DNA of 64,000 nucleotides. Origin: Cyanobacteria bacterium auto_48_18. Its GTDB lineage: Bacteria; Cyanobacteriota; Vampirovibrionia; Obscuribacterales; Obscuribacteraceae. Shown here piece by piece: positions 39,510-49,710 of the stretch; positions within the stretch are counted from its first letter, which is position 1, and the number at the start of each line of letters is the position of its first letter. Made by a program: the position numbers and the translations under genes. The stretch spans positions 192,001 to 256,000 of the forward strand of contig JAVHQC010000036.1 in the NCBI GenBank assembly GCA_036170915.1, written 5' to 3'. The notes beneath the pieces were generated by a model. The model searched no databases and was not told the DNA's origin. It worked only from the letters and a program-made list of their open reading frames with translations.

Positions 39510-39561
39510 TGGCATGTAATTACCAATGCTGTCTATGGTTACCCAATAACTGAGGTCGTTC

Positions 39562-40245
39562 ATGCCCACTGAAGTGCTGCAAGAGAAAATTGCTGCCGCC
39601 ATCGCTTCGTTCAAGAATGGCAAATATTCAGAGTCTGAAGCTCATTGCCTCAACGCTTTAAGCTTTACAGAACCTTCAGATCGGTCTGATAAGTGGGCCG
39701 CTGAAGCTTTCGGTAACCTTGGTATGGCCTTTATGAGCATTTCCAATTTCACCACGGCTGAGCGTTGCCTAGATCGCTGTGTGGCTGTGCTGGAAAAAGA
39801 TCAAAGTACGCACCCCTCGCTTTTGGCACAGCTGGTTTCCAATCGCGCCAGCTGCTTTTTGGCCGAAGACAAGTTTGAAGACGCCCTTCCCCTCTGTCAA
39901 AAAGCCTGGGAAGTAGCCAAGGTAGCCGGCGCTTCCAGTGATGACCAGAGACCGATTTTTCTTTCAAACCTGGCCAGTGCTTATTACAAACTTGAGCGCT
40001 TTAGCGAAGCCGAACAATATTTCAGGCTATGCGTAGAGTCAGCCCAAGATTTACTGCCCGAAGACACCGAACTGCTCGCCGTGTCATTAAATAACCTGGC
40101 CAACTGCTGCCGCGAACAAGGCAAATATGCAGAAGCTCTTGAGCTCTACAAAAAAGCCATGAGTCTGTTTGGTGAAGCTGATGACGATCATCCTGAGCTG
40201 GCATATATTCGTGAATGTCACGATAACTGCATCAAACGCATGTAA
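39562..40245 (+). CDS. TPR protein (kinesin-light-chain-like repeats)
   Basis: SLNNLANCCREQGKYAEALELYKKA. Confidence 0.88.
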   Translation: MPTEVLQEKIAAAIASFKNGKYSESEAHCLNALSFTEPSDRSDKWAAEAFGNLGMAFMSISNFTTAERCLDRCVAVLEKDQSTHPSLLAQLVSNRASCFLAEDKFEDALPLCQKAWEVAKVAGASSDDQRPIFLSNLASAYYKLERFSEAEQYFRLCVESAQDLLPEDTELLAVSLNNLANCCREQGKYAEALELYKKAMSLFGEADDDHPELAYIRECHDNCIKRM

Positions 40246-40307
40246 GCGCACTAGAGCGATATAGAAATAGCCCGATCTAAAAATAGACCGATGCACCAAT
40301 AGCCAAA

Positions 40308-40787
40308 TTAGAGCAGCTTTTCTATGTCGGCGGAAATATCAGCCGGCTCCACATTCGGTGCGTAGCGTTTAACAACGTTGCCATCTTTATCAACAAGAAA
40401 TTTGGTGAAATTCCATTTGATGTCTTTAAGGCCGAGCAGCCCGGGAACTTTGTCAGTCAAATGCTTGTAGAGCGGATGAGCATTGTCTCCGTTGACTTCA
40501 ATCTTGTCGAACATTTGAAAATCAACACCATAATTTTTCTGACAGAAGGCACCAATCTCGGTGCTATCACCAGGCTCCTGAGCGCCAAACTGATTACAAG
40601 GAAAACCGAGCAAGGACAAACCGCGCTTGGCATAGTCTTGATGCAATTTTTCCAAACCGGCGAACTGCGAAGTAAAGCCGCACTTGCTGGCGGTATTGAC
40701 AATCAACATGACCTTGCCCTGATACTGATTGAGTGAGATCTCCTTGCCATCTAGTGCTTTGGCAGTGTACTCATAGATTGTGCTCAT
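40308..40787 (-). CDS. Glutathione peroxidase (Cys type)
   Basis: NTASKCGFT, GFPCNQF, WNFTKFLV. Confidence 0.96.
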   Translation of the reverse strand: MSTIYEYTAKALDGKEISLNQYQGKVMLIVNTASKCGFTSQFAGLEKLHQDYAKRGLSLLGFPCNQFGAQEPGDSTEIGAFCQKNYGVDFQMFDKIEVNGDNAHPLYKHLTDKVPGLLGLKDIKWNFTKFLVDKDGNVVKRYAPNVEPADISADIEKLL

Positions 40788-40789
40788 TA

Positions 40790-41479
40790 TTATTCGTCGC
40801 CCCTTTCAGTTTCGATTGCTACAACAGTATCACGAGCTACCACAAAGACTCTATCTGTGCGTGTAGGCTCAATTGAATAAGTGCCGGTAAACACGCCAAA
40901 AGCCGGCAGCACCGCATACTCTGGACGCAACCAGAAACACGGCAAACGCAGACGCTGTTTACCCTGACCATAAAGCACAACAGAGGGATGCACGTGACCG
41001 CAAAGCACATAGCCTTCTCTCGTATTGACAAGATCGTGTGAGTAAACAAATGGACCTTCTGTCATGTGACCGTGAATCAGCTCTAAATTCCATGATGGGG
41101 GCAAACGCACTTTGCGATCGTGATTGCCTAAGATCAGCACTACGTTGACTTGCGGATGAGCATCGCGAAAGCGCTCAAACACTTCCACTTCTGAGCTGGT
41201 CATACCATCTTGCGAATGCACCAGATCGCCAAGAACAATCAAACGAGTGACCGAGAACTGCTTGATCAGTTGACTGAGACGAAAGAGATCGAAGCTGCTG
41301 ATACCGTCTGGTGCAAAAAAATTGCGTGAGCGAAAAGAAGCTGCCTTGCCGATATGCACATCTGCTAAAACCAGTGTGTGGGTGGCTGGAATATACATGG
41401 CTTTTTGCGGCAGCAGAATCACCCGCTCACCGGCGATCTCAGTGTGGGCAACACCTTCCATGGTAACCAGGTCAGTCAT
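40790..41479 (-). CDS. pdeM: Ligase-associated DNA damage response metallophosphoesterase/endonuclease
   Basis: ADVHIGKA, LGDLVH, GNHD, GHVHP, LPAFGVFTG; follows the Lhr-like helicase. Confidence 0.92.
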   Translation of the reverse strand: MTDLVTMEGVAHTEIAGERVILLPQKAMYIPATHTLVLADVHIGKAASFRSRNFFAPDGISSFDLFRLSQLIKQFSVTRLIVLGDLVHSQDGMTSSEVEVFERFRDAHPQVNVVLILGNHDRKVRLPPSWNLELIHGHMTEGPFVYSHDLVNTREGYVLCGHVHPSVVLYGQGKQRLRLPCFWLRPEYAVLPAFGVFTGTYSIEPTRTDRVFVVARDTVVAIETERGDE

Positions 41480-41488
41480 AACTGCAGC

Positions 41489-44026
41489 CTAGCGCCTCAT
41501 GTCTTTGGCCAGGTCAAGCTGCATACGTAGAACTCGTTGGGCAAGCTTCTCGGAACTCAATTTTCCTCTCAGTCTATCTACCATTAATGGCAAACAAAAG
41601 GGCGAAGCCTTGGTCAGCTGTACTTCTAAAATTTCAGATGCCGCCAGTCTGGCCAGGGCGCCAATCATACGGCTGATTTCCAGGTGGCGCTCGAGAACTT
41701 CATCATGGGCCTGTCTGACCAATAAGTTGCCAGGATCAAAGTCTACAAACACATCGTAGAGCAGACTGCTAGAAACTTGCACCTGCTTTACAGTTTTATT
41801 AGCTCCCGGATAACCCTGAAAAATCAGGCCTGAGACACGGGCAATCTCACGGAACTGGCGTTTCGCCATTTCCGTGGAGTTGAGACAGGCCCTGATATCT
41901 TCAACCAAATTGTCGTAACGAAAGTTCTTGAAAAAGGCGGCCGCGCTGCCTTCGAATTCGTCGTTATCGCTTTCTTCGAACTTGATTGGTCGATCTGAAA
42001 GAATCTCGAATCCCCAGTCGTTAATGGCAATAGAAAACGTAGAAGGGCTTACGCGCGATAACTGATAGGCAACAAGAGTTGCCAGACCCTCATTGACCAG
42101 GCGCCCTTCGAAAGGATAAACAAAAAGGTGATGACCTTCTCTGGTGTTATATTTCTCTACCAGAATTTCGCCCATGGCAGGTAAATGCGAACGCTCACCC
42201 TGCAACCTTAAAAGCGGCTGAAGAAAAGCCATTTCTGGTTCGCTGTAGTCACCCATGCTGGCTTCGTTAATAAGCATGCGCAGCTCAGACGAGAGCTCAG
42301 TTGATAGTGGCATGCGGCCACCCATCCATCTGGGAATAATGCCAGACTTTACAGGAGAAAGTTTTACCATGGCTTTCATATCGCGCACTTCAACAAGCTC
42401 TAGCCAACGGCCAGCAAACAAAAAGCGGTCGCCGTTCTTCATGCGACTGATGAATGATTCTTCTACCTGTCCGATGCGCTCGCCGCGAACAAATTTCACT
42501 TCCATTGCCTGATCTGAAACAATAGTGCCGATAGATAAACGGTGTTTCAAAGCCAGATGTTTATCAGAAATAATATAACGACCATTCTCTAACTTGATGC
42601 GGTGATACTCAGGATAGGCCTTCAGAGCCGCACCACCACTGCCGACAAAATTTAAAATCCATTCCCATTCGCCTTCGTTTAAATCGCGAAATGCCCAGGT
42701 CTCTTTTACTTCTTCAAAAAGATCTTTAGAAACAAAGCCGTTACCGAGAGCAACCGTAACAACGTGCTGGCAAAGCACATCAATAGATTTGTTCAGCGGG
42801 TAACGCGACTCGATATTGCCTTTTGCCATACCACGACGTGCTGCTGCCAGCTCGGCCACTTCCAGTGCGTGGCTGGGCACCAGATATAGTGTGCTCACTT
42901 GACCAGGGCTGTGGCCGCTGCGACCGGCCCTTTGCATGGCTCGCGCCACACCTTTAGGGCTGCCAATTTGCATCACTCTATCCACAGGTGAAAAATCTAC
43001 ACCCAGATCAAGACTTGAGGTGGAGACAACAAATTTAAGTCGCTCTTCTTTTAAAGCCAGCTCTACCCAGCGGCGCACATCACCATCAAGAGAACCATGA
43101 TGCAGGGCGGAGATGCCACAAAAATCATCGCGCAATTCAATAATGCGCTGATACCACTGTTCTGTTTGCGAACGCACATTGGTAAATACAATTGAGGTGC
43201 GGCCGCCGTCGATTAATTTGATCACTTCTTGCAGCATTGGCAAACCGGTGTGACCTGTCCAGGGCAAACTATCTAAGCTTTCAGGTAGCACCGATTGTGC
43301 CACCACTGCTTTTTTTAATTTTGCTTCCACCAGGCAAGCTTTGGTTTTAGAACCGACCAGACACTCTAGTGCTTGATCTAAATTACCAATGGTGGCAGAC
43401 AAGCCCCATATGCGCACATCAGGAGCAAGACGTTTAAGCCTGGCCAGAGCGAGTTCAGTTTGAACACCACGTTTGTTTCCCAGCAGCTCATGCCACTCGT
43501 CGACTACAACTAATTTGAGATGCTTGAATTTCTCAGCGCTATTCTCGTATGAAAGTAAAATCGAAAGACTTTCAGGAGTGGTCACCAGGGCAGACGGCAA
43601 GTTGTCTTTCTGTTTGGCGCGGCGACTAGAAGAAGTATCACCCGTGCGAGTTTCTACAGAGAATGGCAAGTCGAGTTCGCGCACCGGCTCTTCCAGGCTC
43701 ATGGCAATATCATTGGCAAGCGCGCGTAAAGGAGTGAGCCAGAGAACGGTTAAAGGTAAATGCGCCTTCTTACTTTTGCCTGTGCGCACCACGTCGGTCA
43801 TGTCTCCGTGCTGCATCCACTCAATCAGCGGAGCGGGCCAAATTGCGTAAGTTTTGCCCATACCGGTGGACGCGTGAATCAGGCCACTGTAACCATCAAG
43901 ATACCTCTGCCAGGCTTCTCTTTGAAAGTCAAAAACCTTCCAGCCTTTTTGCTCAAACCAATCATTGAGTGGTTTAGCCGCAGGTTCGGATTTGCTTATA
44001 GGTAGTGGTAGCTCATCAGCATACAT
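41489..44026 (-). CDS. Ligase-associated DEXH-box helicase (Lhr-core)
   Basis: STGMGKT, TPLRAL, TTPESL, DEWHE, HHGS, QRAGRSGH, PRWMGG, FREIAR. Confidence 0.95.
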   Translation of the reverse strand: MYADELPLPISKSEPAAKPLNDWFEQKGWKVFDFQREAWQRYLDGYSGLIHASTGMGKTYAIWPAPLIEWMQHGDMTDVVRTGKSKKAHLPLTVLWLTPLRALANDIAMSLEEPVRELDLPFSVETRTGDTSSSRRAKQKDNLPSALVTTPESLSILLSYENSAEKFKHLKLVVVDEWHELLGNKRGVQTELALARLKRLAPDVRIWGLSATIGNLDQALECLVGSKTKACLVEAKLKKAVVAQSVLPESLDSLPWTGHTGLPMLQEVIKLIDGGRTSIVFTNVRSQTEQWYQRIIELRDDFCGISALHHGSLDGDVRRWVELALKEERLKFVVSTSSLDLGVDFSPVDRVMQIGSPKGVARAMQRAGRSGHSPGQVSTLYLVPSHALEVAELAAARRGMAKGNIESRYPLNKSIDVLCQHVVTVALGNGFVSKDLFEEVKETWAFRDLNEGEWEWILNFVGSGGAALKAYPEYHRIKLENGRYIISDKHLALKHRLSIGTIVSDQAMEVKFVRGERIGQVEESFISRMKNGDRFLFAGRWLELVEVRDMKAMVKLSPVKSGIIPRWMGGRMPLSTELSSELRMLINEASMGDYSEPEMAFLQPLLRLQGERSHLPAMGEILVEKYNTREGHHLFVYPFEGRLVNEGLATLVAYQLSRVSPSTFSIAINDWGFEILSDRPIKFEESDNDEFEGSAAAFFKNFRYDNLVEDIRACLNSTEMAKRQFREIARVSGLIFQGYPGANKTVKQVQVSSSLLYDVFVDFDPGNLLVRQAHDEVLERHLEISRMIGALARLAASEILEVQLTKASPFCLPLMVDRLRGKLSSEKLAQRVLRMQLDLAKDMRR

Positions 44027-44161
44027 ATATAAGGCTTATTCTAACTGGATATGAGCAGTTAGGCCCGGCAACCTGCTTTGAAAGGAAGAATACTGGCAAT
44101 AATGGACCCATTCCTGATATTCTCCAGGATGCCGTTGCTTTGAAAATCCACTAAAAATTCT

Positions 44162-45703
44162 ATGTCTGAAACCATCCACATCGATATTTTTGTTGTTTTG
44201 CTTATGGTTACTGCGACAGTAGCTATGTCTGTGAAATGGATTAAACTGCCTTACTCCATCGCGCTAGTGATTGTCGGGCTGATTATCGGTGTTTGCCATC
44301 TCCTTCCTCCAGTCGATCTAACTCCAGACTTAATTTTGTTGATATTTTTGCCGGCTGTATTGTTTGAAGCCTCGTGGAACATTCAACTTTCGGAGCTCAA
44401 GGAGAGCTGGATACCAATCACCGTGCTAGCCACAGTGGGTGTTGTGATCAACACAATTATTGTTGCCATGGGAATGCACTATTTCGCCAACGTAGCATTA
44501 GGCCCGGCATTCCTTTTTGGCGCCATGATAGCGGCCACTGACCCCATTTCAGTGCTTGCATTGTTCCGCAAGCTGGGCATGGATAGTAAGCTAACTATGC
44601 TTCTTGAAGGCGAAAGCCTTTTTAATGACGGCACGGCAGTGGTGCTATTCAAATTAGTTCTAGCAATTGTCATAACTGGAGCTTCATTCTCGATCACCGC
44701 CACCGCTGGAAGTTTCTTGGTGGTGGTTCTAGGCGGCTGCGCTACAGGAGCACTGCTCGGTTATGCTGCCTCGAGAGTAACACGATTATTCGACGATCAT
44801 TTGCTGGAGATTACCTTAACCACAATTCTTGCATACGGCTCATATCTTCTTGCTGAGCAACTGCATGTTTCAGCGGTATTAAGCGTGGTGGCAGCGGGCG
44901 TGGTCATAGGTAACTACGGAAGTCGCACAGGTATGTCGGCTGGTACTCGAATGGCCGTTAATTCATTCTGGGAATACACAGCTTTTCTTGTTAACTCCCT
45001 AATTTTTCTTCTAATCGGACTTCAAGTAAAATTCAATCTGCTTATTAAATATGGGGTGCAAATAGGAGTTGGCATTGCCCTTGTGTTAATTGCGCGCGTC
45101 GTGGTGGTTTATGGCCTGTCACCATTCATTGGTACTAAAAGCCACAAAATACCGTGGAAGTACCGTCACATGCTTTTCTGGGGTGCCCTTAGAGGCTCAG
45201 TATGTATGGCTCTGGCGCTGAGCTTGCCTGAAAATTTCGCTTACCGAGAAATGATCACAATCACAACTTTTGGCGTTGTGTTGTTTACTCTGCTGGTACC
45301 AGGCCTGACCATCCAGCCACTGGTCAAACTACTGAAGATGAATCTTAAAGACCCTCGACAAGAGCAATACAAACGCCTTAAGGCGCAATTAATAGCAAAG
45401 AAAAAGGCGTCAGTATTTCTATCTGAGCAGTTCAATTCCGGTGCAGTCTCAGCAGCTTCTTTTGAACAGCTTAACGAACAACTAATCAGTGAAGAAGCTA
45501 AGTTAACAGCAAGAATTGACGACCTTCACCTCGAGGACTTGTCTATTAAGGCCGTAGAAGAAGAAGCATTGAAGAATAAAGTGGCAGATGTAGAAAGAGA
45601 CACCCTTAAGCAACTTGTGAAGGAAGGTCTGCTCACGGAAGAGGGTTTGCATTTAATCGCACTTGAATTAAGCGAAGACTCAGCGCAGATAATGACAGAG
45701 TAG
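44162..45703 (+). CDS. CPA1 Na+/H+ antiporter (NhaP/NhaG-like)
   Basis: FLPAVLFE, ATDPISV, EGESLFNDG, GALRG. Confidence 0.95.
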   Translation: MSETIHIDIFVVLLMVTATVAMSVKWIKLPYSIALVIVGLIIGVCHLLPPVDLTPDLILLIFLPAVLFEASWNIQLSELKESWIPITVLATVGVVINTIIVAMGMHYFANVALGPAFLFGAMIAATDPISVLALFRKLGMDSKLTMLLEGESLFNDGTAVVLFKLVLAIVITGASFSITATAGSFLVVVLGGCATGALLGYAASRVTRLFDDHLLEITLTTILAYGSYLLAEQLHVSAVLSVVAAGVVIGNYGSRTGMSAGTRMAVNSFWEYTAFLVNSLIFLLIGLQVKFNLLIKYGVQIGVGIALVLIARVVVVYGLSPFIGTKSHKIPWKYRHMLFWGALRGSVCMALALSLPENFAYREMITITTFGVVLFTLLVPGLTIQPLVKLLKMNLKDPRQEQYKRLKAQLIAKKKASVFLSEQFNSGAVSAASFEQLNEQLISEEAKLTARIDDLHLEDLSIKAVEEEALKNKVADVERDTLKQLVKEGLLTEEGLHLIALELSEDSAQIMTE

Positions 45704-45736
45704 ATTTTGGCTTTGGTCTGGGACTTTTAGATCGCA

Positions 45737-45806
45737 CCCTAGAGTTTTTTTACAACCTGTAGGTTGTGTATTTCTACAACCTAGGAGTTGTAAAATTTCT
45801 TAGGGG
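45737..45806. repeat. Twin 16-bp palindromes inside a larger inverted repeat
   Basis: ACAACCTGTAGGTTGT (45752-45767) and ACAACCTAGGAGTTGT (45776-45791); outer TTTTACAAC...GTTGTAAAA. Confidence 0.75.
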
Positions 45807-45865
45807 GCAGAGTAGGTACCCGGCGTGCCCAAGAGATTCATAATTTCTTGAACTGACGAGTGCAC

Positions 45866-47494
45866 TCACTTCCCATAAACATCCAGCATGCCCTGTAACT
45901 GTAAAAGGGTATCTGCTTCTTCTATGGGCTTATCTGGTCGCAAGCGCGCGATACGCGGAAAACGCACAGCAATGCCAGATTTATGACGCGGAGATTTCTG
46001 AATACCCTCAAAAGCGATTTCAAAAACAAGCCCAGGTTTCACAGTGCGCACTGGCCCAAATTTTTCTACAGTATTCTTGCGCACATAATCGTCTACTGAC
46101 CTTATCTCTTCATCAGTCAATCCGGAATAAGCCTTAGCAATTGGAACGAGCTTATCATCTTGCCAGACGGCGAAAGTATAGTCGGTATAGAGGCTGGCCC
46201 GGCGGCCGTGTCCGCGTTGTGCGTAGACAAGCACCGCGTCCATGGAGAGTGGATTAATCTTCCATTTCCACCAGTCGCCCCGCCTGCGGCCTACACCATA
46301 TATAGAGTCATGCTTTTTCAGCATTACACCTTCAACTTTTAATTTGCGGCTGTCAAGACGCATTGTGGCAAGGTCATCCCACGACGACGCTTTAAGTTCA
46401 GCAGACACACGCAACTGTTCACTCAACGTACCACGACAGCTCGGTGCCACGTCGCACTGGCCTGGTGTCAACACTTCAAGCAAATGCCTGCGCCTTTCTT
46501 TCATGGTTGATTGTCGAATATCAAGGCCGCCAACTTCGACAATGTCGAAAGCCATAAAAATACAGGGCACTTCAGCAAGCAGTTTTTTGCCCACACTTTT
46601 TCGCCCGATTCGCATCTGCAACATCGCAAAGGGCAAAACGTCACCTTCTTTCCAGCCTAAAATCTCGCCATCAATGACAGTGCCATTAGGCAAGCGAGAG
46701 GCAGCCGTAAGAATTTCAGGAAAGCGCTCGCTGATTAGCTCCTCGCCCCGCGACCAGATAAATACTTGTCCATCTCTTTTAATAATCTGAGCGCGAATAC
46801 CGTCCCATTTCCACTCAACTTGAAAGTCATTTATGTCACCTAAAGTATTGGGCTCCTCTTGCAGAGGGTAGGCCAGATAGAAAGGATATGGAGTTGAAGC
46901 TGCCGCATCTTCAGTCTCGGTGGCCATCAAATTGGCATACCAATGCGGTGACGGCTCCCAGTGCCCCATTAAGCGGTGTGCCACCACATTGGCTTCCACC
47001 GCCGAGACTGTGGCCAGAGCTTTGGTCACCATTTGCTGCGAGACGCCTACACGAAAACCGCCAGTAATTAGTTTGTTGAAAATAAATTTCTGATCGATAT
47101 CAAGTTCAAGCCAGGTTGCTTGCAAATGTTGCGCTGTGGCTAAGTCGCTGAAATTGCGCAGCACCAAAAGCTTCTGTTCAACAAATTCGGTCAAGTTTAA
47201 ATCTAGCTGTGACTGTTGCTCAGGCAGAAGCAAAGCCATGGTTTCGCCAAGGTCACCTACGTTGTCATAACATTCTTGAAAGAGCCAGGGTGAAATTTCG
47301 GCAAGAGATATGGTCAGTTGCCGCATCAGTTCGGTGGGCACAAGGCGCCTGAGCTTGCGGCCAGTTAAGAAAAACACAGCCCAGGCAGCATCACTATCAC
47401 TGGCCTGTTTGAAATATTTGACCAGAGCTTCTAACTTTTCATTTGTCTTAGTGGTGCGGTCTATATCTTTGTAGAGTTCTACAAATGCTTTCAT
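45866..47494 (-). CDS. ATP-dependent DNA ligase (ligase-associated DNA damage response type)
   Basis: EWKWDGIR adenylation motif, IDGEI, FD, EGVMLK, WWKWK, RFPRI. Confidence 0.96.
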   Translation of the reverse strand: MKAFVELYKDIDRTTKTNEKLEALVKYFKQASDSDAAWAVFFLTGRKLRRLVPTELMRQLTISLAEISPWLFQECYDNVGDLGETMALLLPEQQSQLDLNLTEFVEQKLLVLRNFSDLATAQHLQATWLELDIDQKFIFNKLITGGFRVGVSQQMVTKALATVSAVEANVVAHRLMGHWEPSPHWYANLMATETEDAAASTPYPFYLAYPLQEEPNTLGDINDFQVEWKWDGIRAQIIKRDGQVFIWSRGEELISERFPEILTAASRLPNGTVIDGEILGWKEGDVLPFAMLQMRIGRKSVGKKLLAEVPCIFMAFDIVEVGGLDIRQSTMKERRRHLLEVLTPGQCDVAPSCRGTLSEQLRVSAELKASSWDDLATMRLDSRKLKVEGVMLKKHDSIYGVGRRRGDWWKWKINPLSMDAVLVYAQRGHGRRASLYTDYTFAVWQDDKLVPIAKAYSGLTDEEIRSVDDYVRKNTVEKFGPVRTVKPGLVFEIAFEGIQKSPRHKSGIAVRFPRIARLRPDKPIEEADTLLQLQGMLDVYGK

Positions 47495-48612
47495 GGCTCT
47501 TCACCTTGAGGCGGAGAGATCAAACCTGTTTCGACCATATCGTCAGAATTTTCGGCCACCATCTCCTGAGCCTCAGTGCTGCGCGTATCAACCTCAGCAG
47601 CTTCTTTTTTCTCGTCATCTTCTCCGGTAAAGGCGGTCTCTAAAGCCAGGGCGTCAATGCCAAGTTCAGTCAAGTAACGCACCAGAGGTGGTGTATAGCC
47701 ATGGGTGACAAGTACTCGTTCAGCGCCGGTGGCGGCAATGGTGGCAATCAGACCAGGCCAATCGGCATGGTCTGACATAACAAAACCACGATCGAGCGAT
47801 CGCCGGCGACGGGCGCCCCTGACGCGCATCCAGCCTGAGGCAAAAGCATCTGAGCTTTTGCCAAATTTGCGCGACCACAAACTATCTTGGGCATTGGGTG
47901 GTGCCACCACCAGTGCACCGGCTTTCCCCAGGGCTTCTTTTTTCAGATCTGTAGAAACGTAGGTGGTCTCTGGTAAATGAACGCCACAGCCTCGATAAAC
48001 GGCATTCAAAGCTTCGACTGCACCATGAGTATAAATTGGGCCGATACTGGCATCAACACTGGCTAGAAGGCGCTGAGCCTTTCCTAATGAATAGGCGTAA
48101 AGCAAACTTACTTTGCCCGCTTGAGCATTGGCTTGCCACCACTGATTTACTTCGGCAGCAATGACATGATTTTCAGCAAAGCGATAAATGGGCAAACCAA
48201 AAGTTGATTCGGTAATGAAAGTATGGCAACGCACAGGCTCGATGGGCTGGCAGGTGGGGTCAGCCTGGGTTTTATAATCACCTGAGACTACACAAATTTG
48301 ACCTTTGTATTCAATTCTTATCTGCGATGACCCGAGAATATGACCAGCCGGATGAAAGGAAACCAGGGCGTCTTTGATTTTGATGGGGGTGCCGTAGTCG
48401 ATAGTTTCAAGCACTGCCTCTTCACCTAAACGCGAGCGCAAAATGCCTTTGGCGTCAGTGTGACACAGATAAGAAGTAGAACCCATGCGCGCATGGTCAG
48501 AGTGACCATGAGTAATCAGAGCGCGATTAACAGGACGCCACGGGTCGATATAAAAATCGCCTGCCTGACAATAGAGGCCGCGGTCTGTAACTCTGACTAG
48601 ATCTTCGGCCAT
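47491..48612 (-). CDS. Ligase-associated DNA damage response exonuclease (beta-CASP/MBL)
   Basis: GLYC..GDFYIDP, THGHSDH, PAGHILGS, SGDYK, ESTFGLP, GKAQR, SDHADW, THG; ATG 48612 (ORF opens at 48657). Confidence 0.95.
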   Translation of the reverse strand: MAEDLVRVTDRGLYCQAGDFYIDPWRPVNRALITHGHSDHARMGSTSYLCHTDAKGILRSRLGEEAVLETIDYGTPIKIKDALVSFHPAGHILGSSQIRIEYKGQICVVSGDYKTQADPTCQPIEPVRCHTFITESTFGLPIYRFAENHVIAAEVNQWWQANAQAGKVSLLYAYSLGKAQRLLASVDASIGPIYTHGAVEALNAVYRGCGVHLPETTYVSTDLKKEALGKAGALVVAPPNAQDSLWSRKFGKSSDAFASGWMRVRGARRRRSLDRGFVMSDHADWPGLIATIAATGAERVLVTHGYTPPLVRYLTELGIDALALETAFTGEDDEKKEAAEVDTRSTEAQEMVAENSDDMVETGLISPPQGEEP

Positions 48613-48703
48613 TGATACTTCCGAAATTAATACACTCAAATCAAATTCACTCAACATTGTGACCTATGAGGCCACAGTTTGTTCCGAAAGTTTCGTGCCA
48701 GGC

Positions 48704-49606
48704 TTACTGAGCCAGCATCATCTTCGCTTCTTTATTGTCAGGCGAAAGCTTGAGCACCGCTTGAGCTTCGCTCTTGGTCAGTTCTTTATTTCTCAAATCA
48801 TTTGCCACTATGGCAAGTTTGAGATGATAATCGACTTTGCCCGGGCAAAATTCCACTGCTTTTTTCAAATCACTGAGCGCTTTTTCAGGCATATGATTTT
48901 TGTAATAGGCCACGGCGCGTCCATAATATAGATCGCCATTACTGTGTTCAAGACGCAATCCGCGAGTGTAGGCGTCAATGGCATCGACGTAGCTGGCTTG
49001 ACTGAGATATGAGTTTGCCAGCACTTCCAGCGCTTTGACGTACCCAGGAAAATTTTTCACCAGCTCGCGGCATTGGTGAATAGCCAGACCATACTGACCA
49101 AGCGTATAGTGACAGAGAGCCTCACCCAGTCTGGCTTCTTTGCGGTAATGGCTATCCTTTAGAGTCAATATCGTCTGATAGTCGGCCATGGCTTTTTGAT
49201 AAGCTCGAGTGGCAAAATAGCACGAAGCACGGTCGAGTAAAGCCTGATCGTTAAGCGCATTGATCGCAAGTGAAAGGGAAAAATTTTCTATGGCGCTATC
49301 ATTGTTTTGCATAGACATGTAAATCAGGCCGCGTTTATGCAGCAATCGGCTGTCGTTCTTTTCAATTTTAATGGCCCCATCAATAGCAGAGAGGGCCTGT
49401 TTATAGTTCCCCGCACTTCTGGCATGGTCGGCAGTAGTAATCAGACGAGCCAACACCAGGGTTTTATCTTCTTTTTTACCTAAAACCAGACCGCCAATTT
49501 GCAAATGCGAATAGTGAAAAAATGCAGCTACTCCCACAGCCAAAACAATTGCCACTGTAATTACAGCTACAGAAGGTTTGCTCGATTGGCTTACACTATT
49601 TGTCAA
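48704..49606 (-). CDS. Membrane-anchored TPR protein
   Basis: N-terminal TM followed by ~7 TPRs. Confidence 0.88.
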   Translation of the reverse strand: MTNSVSQSSKPSVAVITVAIVLAVGVAAFFHYSHLQIGGLVLGKKEDKTLVLARLITTADHARSAGNYKQALSAIDGAIKIEKNDSRLLHKRGLIYMSMQNNDSAIENFSLSLAINALNDQALLDRASCYFATRAYQKAMADYQTILTLKDSHYRKEARLGEALCHYTLGQYGLAIHQCRELVKNFPGYVKALEVLANSYLSQASYVDAIDAYTRGLRLEHSNGDLYYGRAVAYYKNHMPEKALSDLKKAVEFCPGKVDYHLKLAIVANDLRNKELTKSEAQAVLKLSPDNKEAKMMLAQ

Positions 49607-49710
49607 AGAACTTTGCTAACACTCCGCCAATCACGGTGAATAGTGACGAGATCAATATAATGATTCTATATCGCCACAAAAAACAGTCACAAGTGTCAGT
49701 TGTTAAGAGC

